Positions 36,336 to 45,504 of a DNA stretch of 64,000 nucleotides are shown one piece after another. Made by a program: the position numbers and the translations under genes. The DNA is from Bryobacterales bacterium (GTDB lineage: Bacteria; Acidobacteriota; Terriglobia; Bryobacterales; UBA6623): assembly GCA_965237575.1 (NCBI GenBank), contig CBDEGI010000002.1, positions 160,424 to 224,423 on the forward strand, read 5' to 3'. Position 1 is the first letter of the stretch. The number at the start of each line of letters is the position of its first letter. The notes under the pieces were generated by a model. It had not been told where the DNA came from and searched no databases. It worked only from the letters and a program-made list of their open reading frames with translations.

Positions 36336-37074
36336 ACGCCCATCTTCGAACTGGAGGCGCGGCGGGGTACCCGCAATCGCGCATGTCGAGATCGACGAGT
36401 CTGCGGGGGGAATCCCACGTGCGCCCGTAGTCTTCGCTGATCCGGAGGTCAATTCCGTAGTTGCCCGGGCTTCGGTTGCCGTAAGTTAGGGCAATCCGCC
36501 CGTCGGAGAGTCTGAGCAGATGGGCTGCTGAGGTGGAGGGAATGCCCAAGGTCCGCTCGTGACGCCAAGTGAAGCCATCGTCTTCGGAAGCGTGCACGTC
36601 AAGGTCCAGGTAGCCGAATCGGCGGGACACGGCCAACCAATGGCTATCCCCTGTATGAAGGATGGCCGCCTCGACATGGATGTCTTTGACGATCGGCGTC
36701 ACTTCATCCCAGGTCATGCCCCCGTCTTTGCTGCGAATCACGTAGACATGGCCTTCGCGGCTGCGGCCGCTGCTTTCCGGAGTCCAATCATGGGTGTAGA
36801 CTCCGGCCACGAAGTCGCCGTTTGCCGCAGTCAGAATGTCGCCGAAGGGCACCAAGCTGGACGTCACCCCGTTTGAAAGGGTCACCGAGGTCGGCATCGT
36901 TTCGGTGATCTGAGCGGCGTGATGGCCGGGAAATGCGAGATCGCCCGGCTCGTCTTCGGCATCCCTTCGTTTAAGATCCCCCGGGTCACGATCTTCATGA
37001 GACTTTCCCCACGATGATTGAAAGGGATTCCCTAGGTCACCCAAACCGTAGCGGACTGCGGTTGCCAGATGCAA
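36304..37074 (-). pseudogene. BNR/Asp-box sialidase-like protein, C-terminal two thirds, frameshifted near its end
   Basis: The Asp-boxes are SKDGGMTWD, SEDDGFTWR and SEDYGRTWD. After ...MRDCGYPA the family-typical RLQFEDGRLLIAYY continues in another frame (shift near 36360-36366). N-terminal similarity to the + copy starts only at TSVTLSNGVTSSLVPFGDI. Confidence 0.6.
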
Positions 37075-38506
37075 CCATCCGAGCGCCCCGATTCGGTCTT
37101 ATGTCAGGATTGGCTTGACTACGTTGCCGTGCACGTCGGTGAGTCGAAAGTCCCGGCCGCTGTAGTGAGGTCAGTTTCGTGTGGTCCAGGCCGAGCAGGT
37201 GAAGAATGGTGGCGTGCAGGTCGTGAACATGCACGGGGTTTTCGACGGCCGTGTAGCCGAACTCGTCCGTGGCCCCGTAGGTCATGCCGCCCTTGACGCC
37301 GCCGCCCGCCAACAGGACCGTGAAGCCCAATGAGTTGTGGTTGCGCCCGTTGGTGAGTTGGGAGTTTCGCTGTAGCTCGACCGCCGGGGTGCGGCCGAAT
37401 TCACTCCCCACGACGATGAGGGTCTCTTCGAAGAGGCCACGGGCCTTGAGGTCGGCAACAAGCGTTGCGATGGCGGGATCGGCCTCCGCGGCCAGGCGCT
37501 TGTGAGCCATGATGTCGCCGTGGCTGTCCCAGGGCTGGACCTTGCCGAAATAAACCTGCACCATGCGGACGCCGTGCTCCACCATGCGCCGCGCCATTAG
37601 GCAGGCGCGGCCGAAGTCGCTCTTGCCATAACCATCCCGTACCGCTCTCGGCTCCCTCGCGATGTCAAACACCTCGGGCGCCTGCATCTGCATGCGGAAC
37701 GCAGTCTCCATCGTCTCGATCGACGCCTCGAGCTGCGAATCCCCTTCGCGCGAGGTCAGGTGCCTGCGATTCAGACGCTCGAGCAGGTCGAGTTGCCGGC
37801 GCTGCACGTCGTGACTGAAGCGCTTGTTTCGGATATATCGGATCAGCTTCTGCGGATCCTTCTCATCGGTGCGAATATGGGTTCCCTGGTAGACGGCCGG
37901 CAGGAAAGCCGACTCCCACAAGGGCGGTCCGACCGTGGGCACACCCGGACATAGAACGACAAATCCGGGAAGGTTGCGGTTCTCGGTGCCGAGCCCGTAC
38001 GTGATCCACGATCCCATGGAAGGGCGGCCCGGCTGGAGCGCTCCGCAGTTCATCATGAACAGTCCCGGCTCGTGGTTGGGCACCCCCATGTGCATCGAGC
38101 GGATGACGCAAAAGTCATCGATGATTTCGCCCACCTGAGGGAACAGCTCGCTCACCTCGATCCCGCTTTGCCCGTACCTGTGGAAGTCAAACGGTGACTT
38201 CATCAGGGTCCCGACTCGGCCGTCGTCGGCGTCGGTCTTGGGCGTGCCTCCGGGCATCGGCTCACCGTCGTATTTGGCGAGCGCCGGCTTGGGGTCAAAG
38301 GTATCCACCTGCGACCAACCGCCGTTCATCATCAGAAAGATGACGTTCTTGACGCGGGGCTCGAAGTGGGGCGGTTTCGGGTCGAAGGGCCCGGTTGTCG
38401 CCGCCTTCAGGTTGGCCAGTCCCAGCGCGCCAAAGCCGCTCCCAAGCTGGGCCAATAGCTCGCGGCGGCTGAGTGAGCGCGGCAGGTGGGGGCTGTAAAC
38501 GGCCAT
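37037..38506 (-). CDS. DUF1501 protein (Tat-like signal); probable 1-nt frameshift close to the 3' end
   Basis: LSRRELLAQLGSGFGALG, VIFLMMNGGWSQVDTFDPKP and GSEFGRTP are present. After ...LGLDHTKLT the listed frame reads SLQRPGLSTHRR..., while the adjacent frame reads HYSGRDFRLTDVHGNVVKPILT* (stop at 37099-37101). The latter is the usual DUF1501 C-terminus. Confidence 0.85.
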   Translation of the reverse strand: MAVYSPHLPRSLSRRELLAQLGSGFGALGLANLKAATTGPFDPKPPHFEPRVKNVIFLMMNGGWSQVDTFDPKPALAKYDGEPMPGGTPKTDADDGRVGTLMKSPFDFHRYGQSGIEVSELFPQVGEIIDDFCVIRSMHMGVPNHEPGLFMMNCGALQPGRPSMGSWITYGLGTENRNLPGFVVLCPGVPTVGPPLWESAFLPAVYQGTHIRTDEKDPQKLIRYIRNKRFSHDVQRRQLDLLERLNRRHLTSREGDSQLEASIETMETAFRMQMQAPEVFDIAREPRAVRDGYGKSDFGRACLMARRMVEHGVRMVQVYFGKVQPWDSHGDIMAHKRLAAEADPAIATLVADLKARGLFEETLIVVGSEFGRTPAVELQRNSQLTNGRNHNSLGFTVLLAGGGVKGGMTYGATDEFGYTAVENPVHVHDLHATILHLLGLDHTKLTSLQRPGLSTHRRARQRSQANPDIRPNRGARMVASGNRSPLRFG

Positions 38507-38510
38507 AGCG

Positions 38511-41303
38511 TCAATCCACGAAGGCGAACTCGTTGGAGCTTAGCAAGACCTGCGCGTACTGCGTCCATCCATCCTCGCCGGCGGAGGCGAGAAAGTCGAG
38601 ACCGTCCTGCACGTCCGAGGCGGAGCCCTCACGGGCGTAGAGGAGCCGATGCGCCTCCTTGATCGACTTGGCGTCGCTCTCGCCCGTGCGGACACGCGCC
38701 GCCAGGGCTTCGGACTGATTCAGAATGAAGTCGCTGTTGAGGAAGAACAGGCGCTGCAGCGGCACGTTCGTGACGACGCGACGCGCGCTACTGGCGCTGG
38801 GGTTCGGGAAGTCGAAAAGGGAGAGTGTCTCATCCGGACGAAAGCGCTGCACTCTCCCGTAGACCGTCCGGCGCTGGTTGTCGGCGGACAACTCGGCGGA
38901 AGCGCCGCCCTGCTTTGGGTCGAGGCGTCCGGAAACGAACAACGTAGCGTCTCGCATGGCTTCTATATCGAGTCGGCGGCGGTTGGCGCGCCAGAAGAAG
39001 CGATTATCGGGGTCGGCCGTCTCGTTCGCCTTCGAGCGGTCACTGCGCGCCTGGTAGGTTTTGGAGAAGACGATCTCCCGAATGAGCGTCTTGATCGACC
39101 AGTTCCGGTCAACCAGACGCCAGGCCAGGTATTCGAGCAATTCCGGATTCGACGGCCTGGCTCCCGTCCGCCCGAAGTTGCTTGGCGTTCGCACCACGCC
39201 GCTTCCAAAGAGGTGCTGCCAAACACGGTTCGCCATGACACGCGCGGCCAGCGGATGCCCGACGATCGCTTCAGCCAGTTGCAGGCGCCCACTCCCGTTG
39301 CGGAGGGGCCTGGGTTCGGCGTCGCTCAGCACGGCCAGAAATCGTCGCGGAACTTCCTCCCCATCCACAAACGGGTTGCCGCGGGGATTCAACCTAGCGT
39401 TCCAAGGTTGCTTCCAATCCTCAATGCCAGGCAGGAAGGGATAGTGATCGGGCAGCTTCGCTTTTTTTTCTTTGAGCTCAGCTCGGAGCGACTCGAGGTG
39501 CTGCTTCCACTCGCCCTGCAGGAAGCGTTCGACCTCTTCCCCTTGATAGCGCAGGACAGGCTTACCCCTGCCGAGAACAGGGTTCCAAGCCAAGTAGCGG
39601 TCTCGCGCCATCTGCTTGGTATCGACGTCGTCGTATTTGAAACTGTCTCCCGAGGTGTATCCCTTGGGAAGCCGTGCTAGCTCCTTCTCCTCGCGATTCA
39701 GGCGGGCAACGAGGATTCGAGTCTCTTCTTGAATCTTCTCGTGTTCTTCGGCGAGCGAAACGACCAACGCTTGATAGTCGTCCGCGACCTGCCGGACTTC
39801 CGCCTCGGTGGCGGAGCCGTCCCGCAGCAACCGTTGCCAGGCATCCAAGTACGGATGTCCTTCGTGAGGCTTGTCAAGATATTTGACCCAGCGCTCCAGA
39901 GTCTTGCGGTCAAGCTTGCTCCGGCGGGCAACTTCGTCGACCTTGCAAGCCACCTCGTCCTCGTCGGTCTCACCCGCCGACAGAACCCGCCAGGAGGCGA
40001 CCACGTAGTCGGAGGTGCGCCGAATGAAGATGCGAGTCAGGTCGTCGGCCTGCCGCTCGAGGAAGCCGTTGATCTTCTTCTCGAGATCCTTGATCTCTTT
40101 TTCTTGTCGTTCGTACTCCTCGATGACCTGCTCGGAGGCCAGCGGATAGCTCTTATAGTGAACGCTCGCGAAGACCCCGGCTAGGCCGTAATAGTCTTCC
40201 ATCGAGATCGGGTCGTATTTGTGGTCGTGACATCTCGCACAGGCCGCCGTCAAACCAAGAAAGCCACGCGATACCATGTCCACTCGTTCATGCCGCTCGT
40301 CCGCGCGAGCCTGAGGAGGATGAGATATGCCGTAGTACCAGGGCCCAAGCCCAAACAGGCCCAGGCCGCCCAGCATCTCGCGATTGTCCCCCTGCATGAG
40401 ATCAGCGGCAATCTGGGCCTTCACAAACACGTCGTACGGCATGTCCGAGTTGAAGGCCTCGATCACCCAGTCGCGGTAGCGCCAGGCCTGGGGGTATTCT
40501 GCGATTCCAACGCCGTGATAGTCATTCTCGCCGTAGCGGGCCACATCGAGCCAGTAACGGCCCCAGCGCTCGCCGAAGTGCGGAGAAGCGAGCAAGCCGT
40601 CAACGACTTTCGCAAAGGCCCGAGGGGAGTCGTCCGATAAGAAGGCGGTCACGTCCTGCGGAGTAGGGGGGAGGCCAATCAGATCGAAACTCACGCGGCG
40701 AAGCAAGGTCCTCTTCGCGGCCGGAGGATTGGGCTTCAGCCCGTTCTTCTGTAAGCTTGCCTTGACCAACCGGTCTATGGGCGAGGCTTGGTCAATCGGC
40801 GAGGCGGTGTCGACCAGCGGTTTCTTGATGGGCTGGAACGACCAGAAGGCCCGGTCTTCCTGGGTGATCACCGTCCCGTCAAGCCGCTCAGCTTCGTCCG
40901 GCACCTCTGGCCACATTGCGCCCTGCTGGATCCAAGCGGCCAAACTCTGAATCTCTTGCGGGCTCAACTGCCCGGACGGCGGCATCTTCAAAGTCGCGTG
41001 AGAATGCCGTACGGCTTGCACGAGCAGGCTGGACTCCGGATCCCCCGGGACGATGGCCGGCCCCTGGCTACCACCGCGCAACAGGCGGTCACGGGAGTCG
41101 ACCCGCAGGCCGGACGTCTCCAATTCTCCATGGCAACTTGAACACTTCTCCGACAGCAGCGGCCGGATGGTGCGTTCGAAGAGTTGCGCAGAGTCTTGGC
41201 CCTGAGCGTGGGCGGCATGCAAAAAGACGAGGACGCAGAAAGGCGCCATCCACCGGAGAAGGAATAAGGCGGGAAGAAGGCTTCGCACTCGTGGCTCCGC
41301 CAA
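38511..41303 (-). CDS. planctomycete-type cytochrome c (PSCyt1) + DUF1549 + DUF1553 protein
   Basis: CSSCHG...GGSQGPAIVPGDPESSLLVQAV...MPP is the heme-c domain. LLRRVSFDLIGLPPTPQDVTAFL...HFGERWGRYWLDVARY is DUF1549 and CARCHDHKYDPISMEDYYGLAGVF is DUF1553. Confidence 0.9.
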   Translation of the reverse strand: MAEPRVRSLLPALFLLRWMAPFCVLVFLHAAHAQGQDSAQLFERTIRPLLSEKCSSCHGELETSGLRVDSRDRLLRGGSQGPAIVPGDPESSLLVQAVRHSHATLKMPPSGQLSPQEIQSLAAWIQQGAMWPEVPDEAERLDGTVITQEDRAFWSFQPIKKPLVDTASPIDQASPIDRLVKASLQKNGLKPNPPAAKRTLLRRVSFDLIGLPPTPQDVTAFLSDDSPRAFAKVVDGLLASPHFGERWGRYWLDVARYGENDYHGVGIAEYPQAWRYRDWVIEAFNSDMPYDVFVKAQIAADLMQGDNREMLGGLGLFGLGPWYYGISHPPQARADERHERVDMVSRGFLGLTAACARCHDHKYDPISMEDYYGLAGVFASVHYKSYPLASEQVIEEYERQEKEIKDLEKKINGFLERQADDLTRIFIRRTSDYVVASWRVLSAGETDEDEVACKVDEVARRSKLDRKTLERWVKYLDKPHEGHPYLDAWQRLLRDGSATEAEVRQVADDYQALVVSLAEEHEKIQEETRILVARLNREEKELARLPKGYTSGDSFKYDDVDTKQMARDRYLAWNPVLGRGKPVLRYQGEEVERFLQGEWKQHLESLRAELKEKKAKLPDHYPFLPGIEDWKQPWNARLNPRGNPFVDGEEVPRRFLAVLSDAEPRPLRNGSGRLQLAEAIVGHPLAARVMANRVWQHLFGSGVVRTPSNFGRTGARPSNPELLEYLAWRLVDRNWSIKTLIREIVFSKTYQARSDRSKANETADPDNRFFWRANRRRLDIEAMRDATLFVSGRLDPKQGGASAELSADNQRRTVYGRVQRFRPDETLSLFDFPNPSASSARRVVTNVPLQRLFFLNSDFILNQSEALAARVRTGESDAKSIKEAHRLLYAREGSASDVQDGLDFLASAGEDGWTQYAQVLLSSNEFAFVD

Positions 41304-41554
41304 CAGTATGGCACACCACCGGACAAGCGGCGATCCACTTCACCGTTTGGTGCAGCGATTTCGCAAAGCGGTCACGGCAGAACCTGAAGGTGGTTGATTC
41401 GGCGGCGTTTGGGGTGGGGATGGAGCCGGAGCCCTGTTTTGCACGGCCCTCGACCGCCCGCGCAGGGCTGATTGTGGAGACCGACGACAAGGCTCCGGGC
41501 GCCTGCGGGGCAGGTGCTGGGCCGGCGTGGAGCCTGCGACGAACGGCCCTGGGA

Positions 41555-42745
41555 TCAACTCGAATCCAGCAGCTCCACCACCAACCCGTAGGCCAGTTGG
41601 CGCGCCACCGCACCAACACCCGGTGCACGCCGACCCTCCCGAGGCCGCACTTGACGGTGATAGAACACTTGCGTCAGCAAGTACGCCAGCAAACGAATCA
41701 TCCTCAGCACCACCAGCGCTTGCGGATGGCTCTGGTGCACCGACGGCTGCTTGAGATGGGCCTCGGTCGTCATCGTCTGAAACAGACTCGTCTCGATCGA
41801 CCAGCGGCTGCGACCGATCTGATGGAGGAACCAGGGCGGGATGGCCCCCCACTCGATGTTGCTGGCGTAAAAGTCGGTGCTTTCTTTTTGCTCGGCTTGC
41901 TGGACCGGTTGCTGCTCGACGATCGTGACGCGCCGCCGGGTCTGCTTGCGCTTGCACTCGACGACGCCCACCGTCCGGTTCGCCACCGGCCACTCCACGG
42001 CCGGCTCATGCCACAGCCAGCGTTGCTCCTCGGCGCTGTCTTCGCGCAGATCCTCCCCCCCAGCGGTGCGCCGCTCGGCCTCGGCCAACAGCCGGGGCTG
42101 GTTGTCTTTGAGGTTGATCACCCACTCCAGCCCCAACGCTTCCAGGGCCGTGACGAAGGGGGTTTCCAAGTACAGCGCGTCGGCCACCAGCAGGTCGAAA
42201 AAACGGCGGCCCAAGCGTTGCACCAACTCTTCGACCAGCGCCAGCCCGCACGCCACTTCCCCTTCGCCGGGTTTTTGAAAACGCAGGCCCAAGGGAACCG
42301 CGAAGCTCGAGCTGACCACCGAGACGACGACCACGCGATGGTAGTACTGCGTGCACTCGATGGTCTCGCCGTGGACTTTGCGTTCGACCGTTCGTGCCGA
42401 ACAGCGCGAGCAGCAACGGCGATAGGAGCGAGCGATCTCGATGCCGTCGAGCGCGGCGACGACGCGACCGCGGGCCCACCTCGACCCCAACACACCATTC
42501 CGTTTCAGCCGCCGCGCCAGCCGACAGCCCAGCTCGAACAGCGCAGCCGGGTCCTGGCGCTCGAGGGTGTAACGCAGCGCGTCTTCGGAGAGCGGACCGA
42601 TGCGTTTCCACAGCGCCCCCTGACGGCATTCGGCCTCGATCGCATGCAGGCCGGGCCACTGGCAGGCGCAACCCAAAAACACGGCATCAAAGAGGCGCGA
42701 CAGGGCAATGCGCGGCGCCGAACGTCCGTCGGGCAAAGCCGCCAC
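41555..42745 (-). CDS. DDE transposase (IS4/ISKra4-like; family assignment uncertain)
   Basis: A 396-aa ORF with LDGIEIARSYRRCCSRCSARTV..., ...FDLLVADALYLETPFV... and ...GRSRWSIETSLFQTMTTEAHLK. The listed start is an internal GTG. The frame stays open upstream to 42828, overlapping the 3' end of the preceding ORF. Confidence 0.75.
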   Translation of the reverse strand: MAALPDGRSAPRIALSRLFDAVFLGCACQWPGLHAIEAECRQGALWKRIGPLSEDALRYTLERQDPAALFELGCRLARRLKRNGVLGSRWARGRVVAALDGIEIARSYRRCCSRCSARTVERKVHGETIECTQYYHRVVVVSVVSSSFAVPLGLRFQKPGEGEVACGLALVEELVQRLGRRFFDLLVADALYLETPFVTALEALGLEWVINLKDNQPRLLAEAERRTAGGEDLREDSAEEQRWLWHEPAVEWPVANRTVGVVECKRKQTRRRVTIVEQQPVQQAEQKESTDFYASNIEWGAIPPWFLHQIGRSRWSIETSLFQTMTTEAHLKQPSVHQSHPQALVVLRMIRLLAYLLTQVFYHRQVRPREGRRAPGVGAVARQLAYGLVVELLDSS

Positions 42746-42803
42746 GGCGGCACGGAAGTCAAAGACCTTGTCGAGATAGGCCTCGAAGCGGCGGCGGCGC
42801 AGG

Positions 42804-43145
42804 CTAGGAGGTCTCCTTGTCGCGCAGCCAGCGGCGCAGATTCAGTTCGCAGATGCTGTCGACGATCTGGAGCAAGCGCTGCCGCAATCCGACGCGGCGA
42901 CGCACCGACTCGACCCTCGCGGCGGGAATATGGAAGGTGCGCGGTTTGCCTTCGAAGCGCACCGAGAGCAGGAACTCTTGATGGAGTTGTTGGCCATCGG
43001 CACACTTACAGGTGGGCTTGCCGCAGCGGCGGCGGCGTTCGACGAACGAGCCGGGCAGCATCTCCCGCAGGGCGGAGAGGCTGCGCCTGAGGCGGCCGCG
43101 GCGGGCCAGATCGGGGTCGGAGGCCACAGGCTCCTTCTCTGACAC
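42804..43145 (-). CDS. small IS-associated protein resembling DUF6788
   Basis: ...LPGSFVERRRRCGKPTCKCADGQQLHQEFLLSVRFEGKPRTFHIPAARVESV... carries the CGKP-C-C ... GK-T..IP pattern I associate with DUF6788. It lies within the IS boundaries. Confidence 0.55.
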   Translation of the reverse strand: MSEKEPVASDPDLARRGRLRRSLSALREMLPGSFVERRRRCGKPTCKCADGQQLHQEFLLSVRFEGKPRTFHIPAARVESVRRRVGLRQRLLQIVDSICELNLRRWLRDKETS

Positions 43146-43371
43146 TGATTATAGTGGCAGAAAGAGCGAAAGTCAAGCCCGTTGAAAGTTTTGCAAAAAT
43201 GATCCCGCTAGGGCGAACCCCGCAAGCTCTACCAAACCGCCGCTTACCTAGCCTCATCCCCCACCCTTTGCGAAATCGCTGCACAGGACCCAGATCCGTA
43301 CGTAAGGATTCTGACGATCACTCGATGCCCGGCCCGCCCCAACCGCGCCAACCACCACTTCCGAGCCGCGG

Positions 43372-43857
43372 ATGGAAATCCGCGGTTGCCCGTCGTACCT
43401 GGCGTTGGAAAATCGAAGACATCTTGTTCGTCCGCCGGGAAGGCCCTCCCGCAAACCCTTGGTGCGCTACAAGAGTTTCCGCTGTCAGGCCGAGAGCTGG
43501 TCGAAGGCGCGGCGGGTCGTCGCCAAGGTCGAGCATCACCAGGGCGAGCTGTTCCCGCGCGTCGGATTCATTGTGACGAGCATGACCCTGCCCAGTCGCT
43601 CGGTGGTGCGGTTCTACAACAAGCGCGGCACGGCGGAGCAGTGGATCAAGGAAGGCAAACAGGCCACGCACTGGACGCGGCTGTCGTGCCATCGCTTTCG
43701 AGCGAACGAGGTGCGGCTGCAACTGAGCGTGCCGGCTTACACCCTGGGCAACCTGTGGCGGCGGCTGGGACTACCGCGACGGATCAAGAGCTGGTCACTG
43801 ACGAGCCTCCAGCACCGTTTGATGAAGACCGGCGGCGAATTACGCCACCGGTTTTGA
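43372..43857 (+). pseudogene. IS1380-family transposase, internal/C-terminal fragment
   Basis: ...VRYKSFRCQAESWSKARRVVAKVEHHQGELFPRVGFIVTSMTLPSRSVVRFYNKRGTAEQWIKEGKQATHWTRLSCHRFRANEVRLQLSVPAYTLGNLWRRL... is the conserved C-terminal block of IS1380 transposases. The N-terminal two thirds are absent and the end is truncated. Confidence 0.8.
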
Positions 43858-43982
43858 CCTGAGAACTGACGAACGAAATGAAGGGCGCCTGACATATCAG
43901 CTTCGAATCCACTGGTGGGAGCAAAACAACGAGACCCATACCAAAAACATACAGAGGCACTTTACTAATTCGACCTTAAGTC

Positions 43983-44357
43983 ATGTGGCAGCAGCATGGG
44001 CGATCGAAGGAAAGAGCCTTGTCGAAGCAGTCAGTGAGGCAGTGGAATGAGGGAGGGGCTGGGACCGGCCTACCAATCGATTTCAAAGGTATAGACGCGA
44101 CAAAGGTCTTCTCGACGATCGTTAGCGTGGCGAAGAGCATTGCCTCCGCGGGGAAGGACGACTACCTCGATCGTGCGAAGCTCGAGATTGAGCTGAAGGA
44201 ACAACACGGAGATTTGAAGTGGCGAATGTACCCTTGGTTCGATCGCAACAATGCGGAAAAAAAAGGTGGTTTTCTCAAGCTTGGATCCGCCCAGACACTC
44301 ACGCGAGAAATCGCGGGAGAGGGGAAGCAGGAAAATAACCTGCAAGCCGACTTATGA
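43983..44357 (+). CDS. hypothetical protein (orphan, AT-richer DNA)
   Basis: A 124-aa ORF with no motif I recognise. It is listed only because it is the sole ORF of any length in this stretch. Confidence 0.25.
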   Translation: MWQQHGRSKERALSKQSVRQWNEGGAGTGLPIDFKGIDATKVFSTIVSVAKSIASAGKDDYLDRAKLEIELKEQHGDLKWRMYPWFDRNNAEKKGGFLKLGSAQTLTREIAGEGKQENNLQADL

Positions 44358-44532
44358 GCTTTCCATCGCGCGTTGAGTCCATAACACGTCGAAGAACAAT
44401 CTGAAGGGATCGAGACTGTCCCGGTTTCCGGTCCGCTGAGGCTAGCTGGCCGAGACAAGAATTGCTTGTGTCCCTGATCGCAGGTCGCCTAGCCTCATCG
44501 AAGCCAACACCGATCACTCATCGCTCTCTGTG

Positions 44533-44685
44533 TTACTGCCCGGCGCCTGCCGTCAGCACCTGGCGGACCACGCTGATCAGCCGACCGGGCGAGAACGGCT
44601 TCTCCACGAACCCGGCCAGCCCCTCGCCCACGAAACGGTTGGTCACCTCTTGCTCGTTGTATCCGCTCGACAGTTGTATCCGCTC
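44533..44685 (-). pseudogene. response-regulator receiver domain, last ~45 codons only
   Basis: The reverse strand reads SGYNEQEVTNRFVGEGLAGFVEKPFSPGRLISVVRQVLTAGAGQ*, with the receiver alpha4-beta5-alpha5 signature ...GF..KPF. It is cut at the IS6 end. A 17-bp-period duplication (AGCGGATACAAC twice) sits at the junction. Confidence 0.55.
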
Positions 44686-44773
44686 GGCATTGTCAAGTTA
44701 ACGGCAGTCGGCGACAATCGATCGATGGGATCACTGTATCGACGCCACCGCTTTCCGCCCGAGATCATCAGCC
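44686..44773 (+). mobile_element. orphan IS6 end (88 bp: inverted repeat plus first 16 transposase codons)
   Basis: It aligns with the reverse complement of 11297-11384 with 4 mismatches in 88 nt (hand alignment). It encodes MGSLYRRHRFPPEIIS and then diverges. Confidence 0.9.
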
Positions 44774-44821
44774 TGCATTGCTAGCCGCCGCCAGGGGTGA
44801 CACGTTGCAGGCCCAGAGGGA

Positions 44822-45136
44822 CTATGCCCTTTCATAGGCGTCGCCAAGGATGTCGTCGCCGTCGGCGCGGTTCTTCGAGAAGTCGAGCGCGGGGTTCTCG
44901 AAGATGGCGATGAGGTTGGTAAGCCGCTCCACCATCTCCTTGCCGCTGCCCAGCTTCGTCGGATCGTTGAAGTCCGGCATGTCGGACAGCTTGTTGGCGT
45001 CTTGCAGTGGAGCAATGATCTTCTTGTTGATCTGGTCGCCGATATCGCTCGTGCCCTTGAGCGCCACCATGTCCTTGAAGCTCGCACCGGGCGGGATGGT
45101 GATAGGGGAGAATCGGAAGAATCGGGACAGCCTCAA
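44822..45136 (-). pseudogene. type I restriction-modification methylase HsdM, internal fragment
   Basis: ...IPPGASFKDMVALKGTSDIGDQINKKIIAPLQDANKLSDMPDFNDPTKLGSGKEMVERLTNLIAIFENPALDFSKNRADGDDILGDAYE matches the HsdM N-terminal domain up to the GDAYEYL motif. The AdoMet-binding and catalytic regions are missing. Confidence 0.7.
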
Positions 45137-45384
45137 TTATGACGCTCGACTTCCCACCCTAGTGCCACCTCCTGTTTCCTCGGCCGGCCAACAGACCGTA
45201 GCTGAAGGTCGGTGCCCGCCTCGGCTGCCAGCTCCGCAATGAACTCTTTACTTCCCAACGGCTTACCGGCGCGGGTGGCGGCTCGTAACTGCTCCATCCA
45301 GCCCTCGTCGAAGGCCGACCCCTCGTGCAACACCCCGTCCCAATCACCCAGCGGACTGGTCTCCCTCCACCGATCCAGGTCCAA
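45133..45384 (-). pseudogene. fragment resembling the C-terminal extension of IS200/RayT-like (COG1943) tyrosine transposases
   Basis: ...LRAATRAGKPLGSKEFIAELAAEAGTDLQLRSVGRPRKQE resembles the R-TGRPLGS-F...L......L.P.K.GRP.K tail of that family. No Y1 catalytic core is present. Confidence 0.45.
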
Positions 45385-45504
45385 GAGACCTGTTGCGTCA
45401 CGTCCCGTGACATGCGCCCGCGCACTCGACCATGCGAAGTCCGTCGCCGTCGATTCTGCTCGGGCCGTAGGTATGGATCTGGGATACTAAGTTACGAGTC
45501 CAAC

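Larger units (their letters stand above)
41350..43284 (-). mobile_element. insertion sequence (1935 bp) with perfect 19-bp terminal inverted repeats and two ORFs
   Basis: GTGCAGCGATTTCGCAAAG lies at 41350-41368 and its exact reverse complement at 43266-43284. Together they bracket a DDE transposase and a small Cys-rich ORF. The flanks show no obvious direct duplication. Confidence 0.8.

Noticed and set aside
40916-43090. 724-aa ORF on the plus strand
   Set aside because: It runs antisense through the 5' end of the DUF1553 gene and through the IS transposase. It is extremely Arg/Ala/Pro/Gly-rich, so it is a shadow ORF.
11385-44685. The 33 kb between the IS6 copy and the orphan IS6 end as a composite transposon or IS6-bounded inversion
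   Set aside because: The second copy is only an 88-bp, 4-mismatch remnant. The interval contains core genes (lspA, lgt, polA, tRNA-Thr). The sequences flanking the two ends do not reconstitute any split gene when the interval is mentally inverted.
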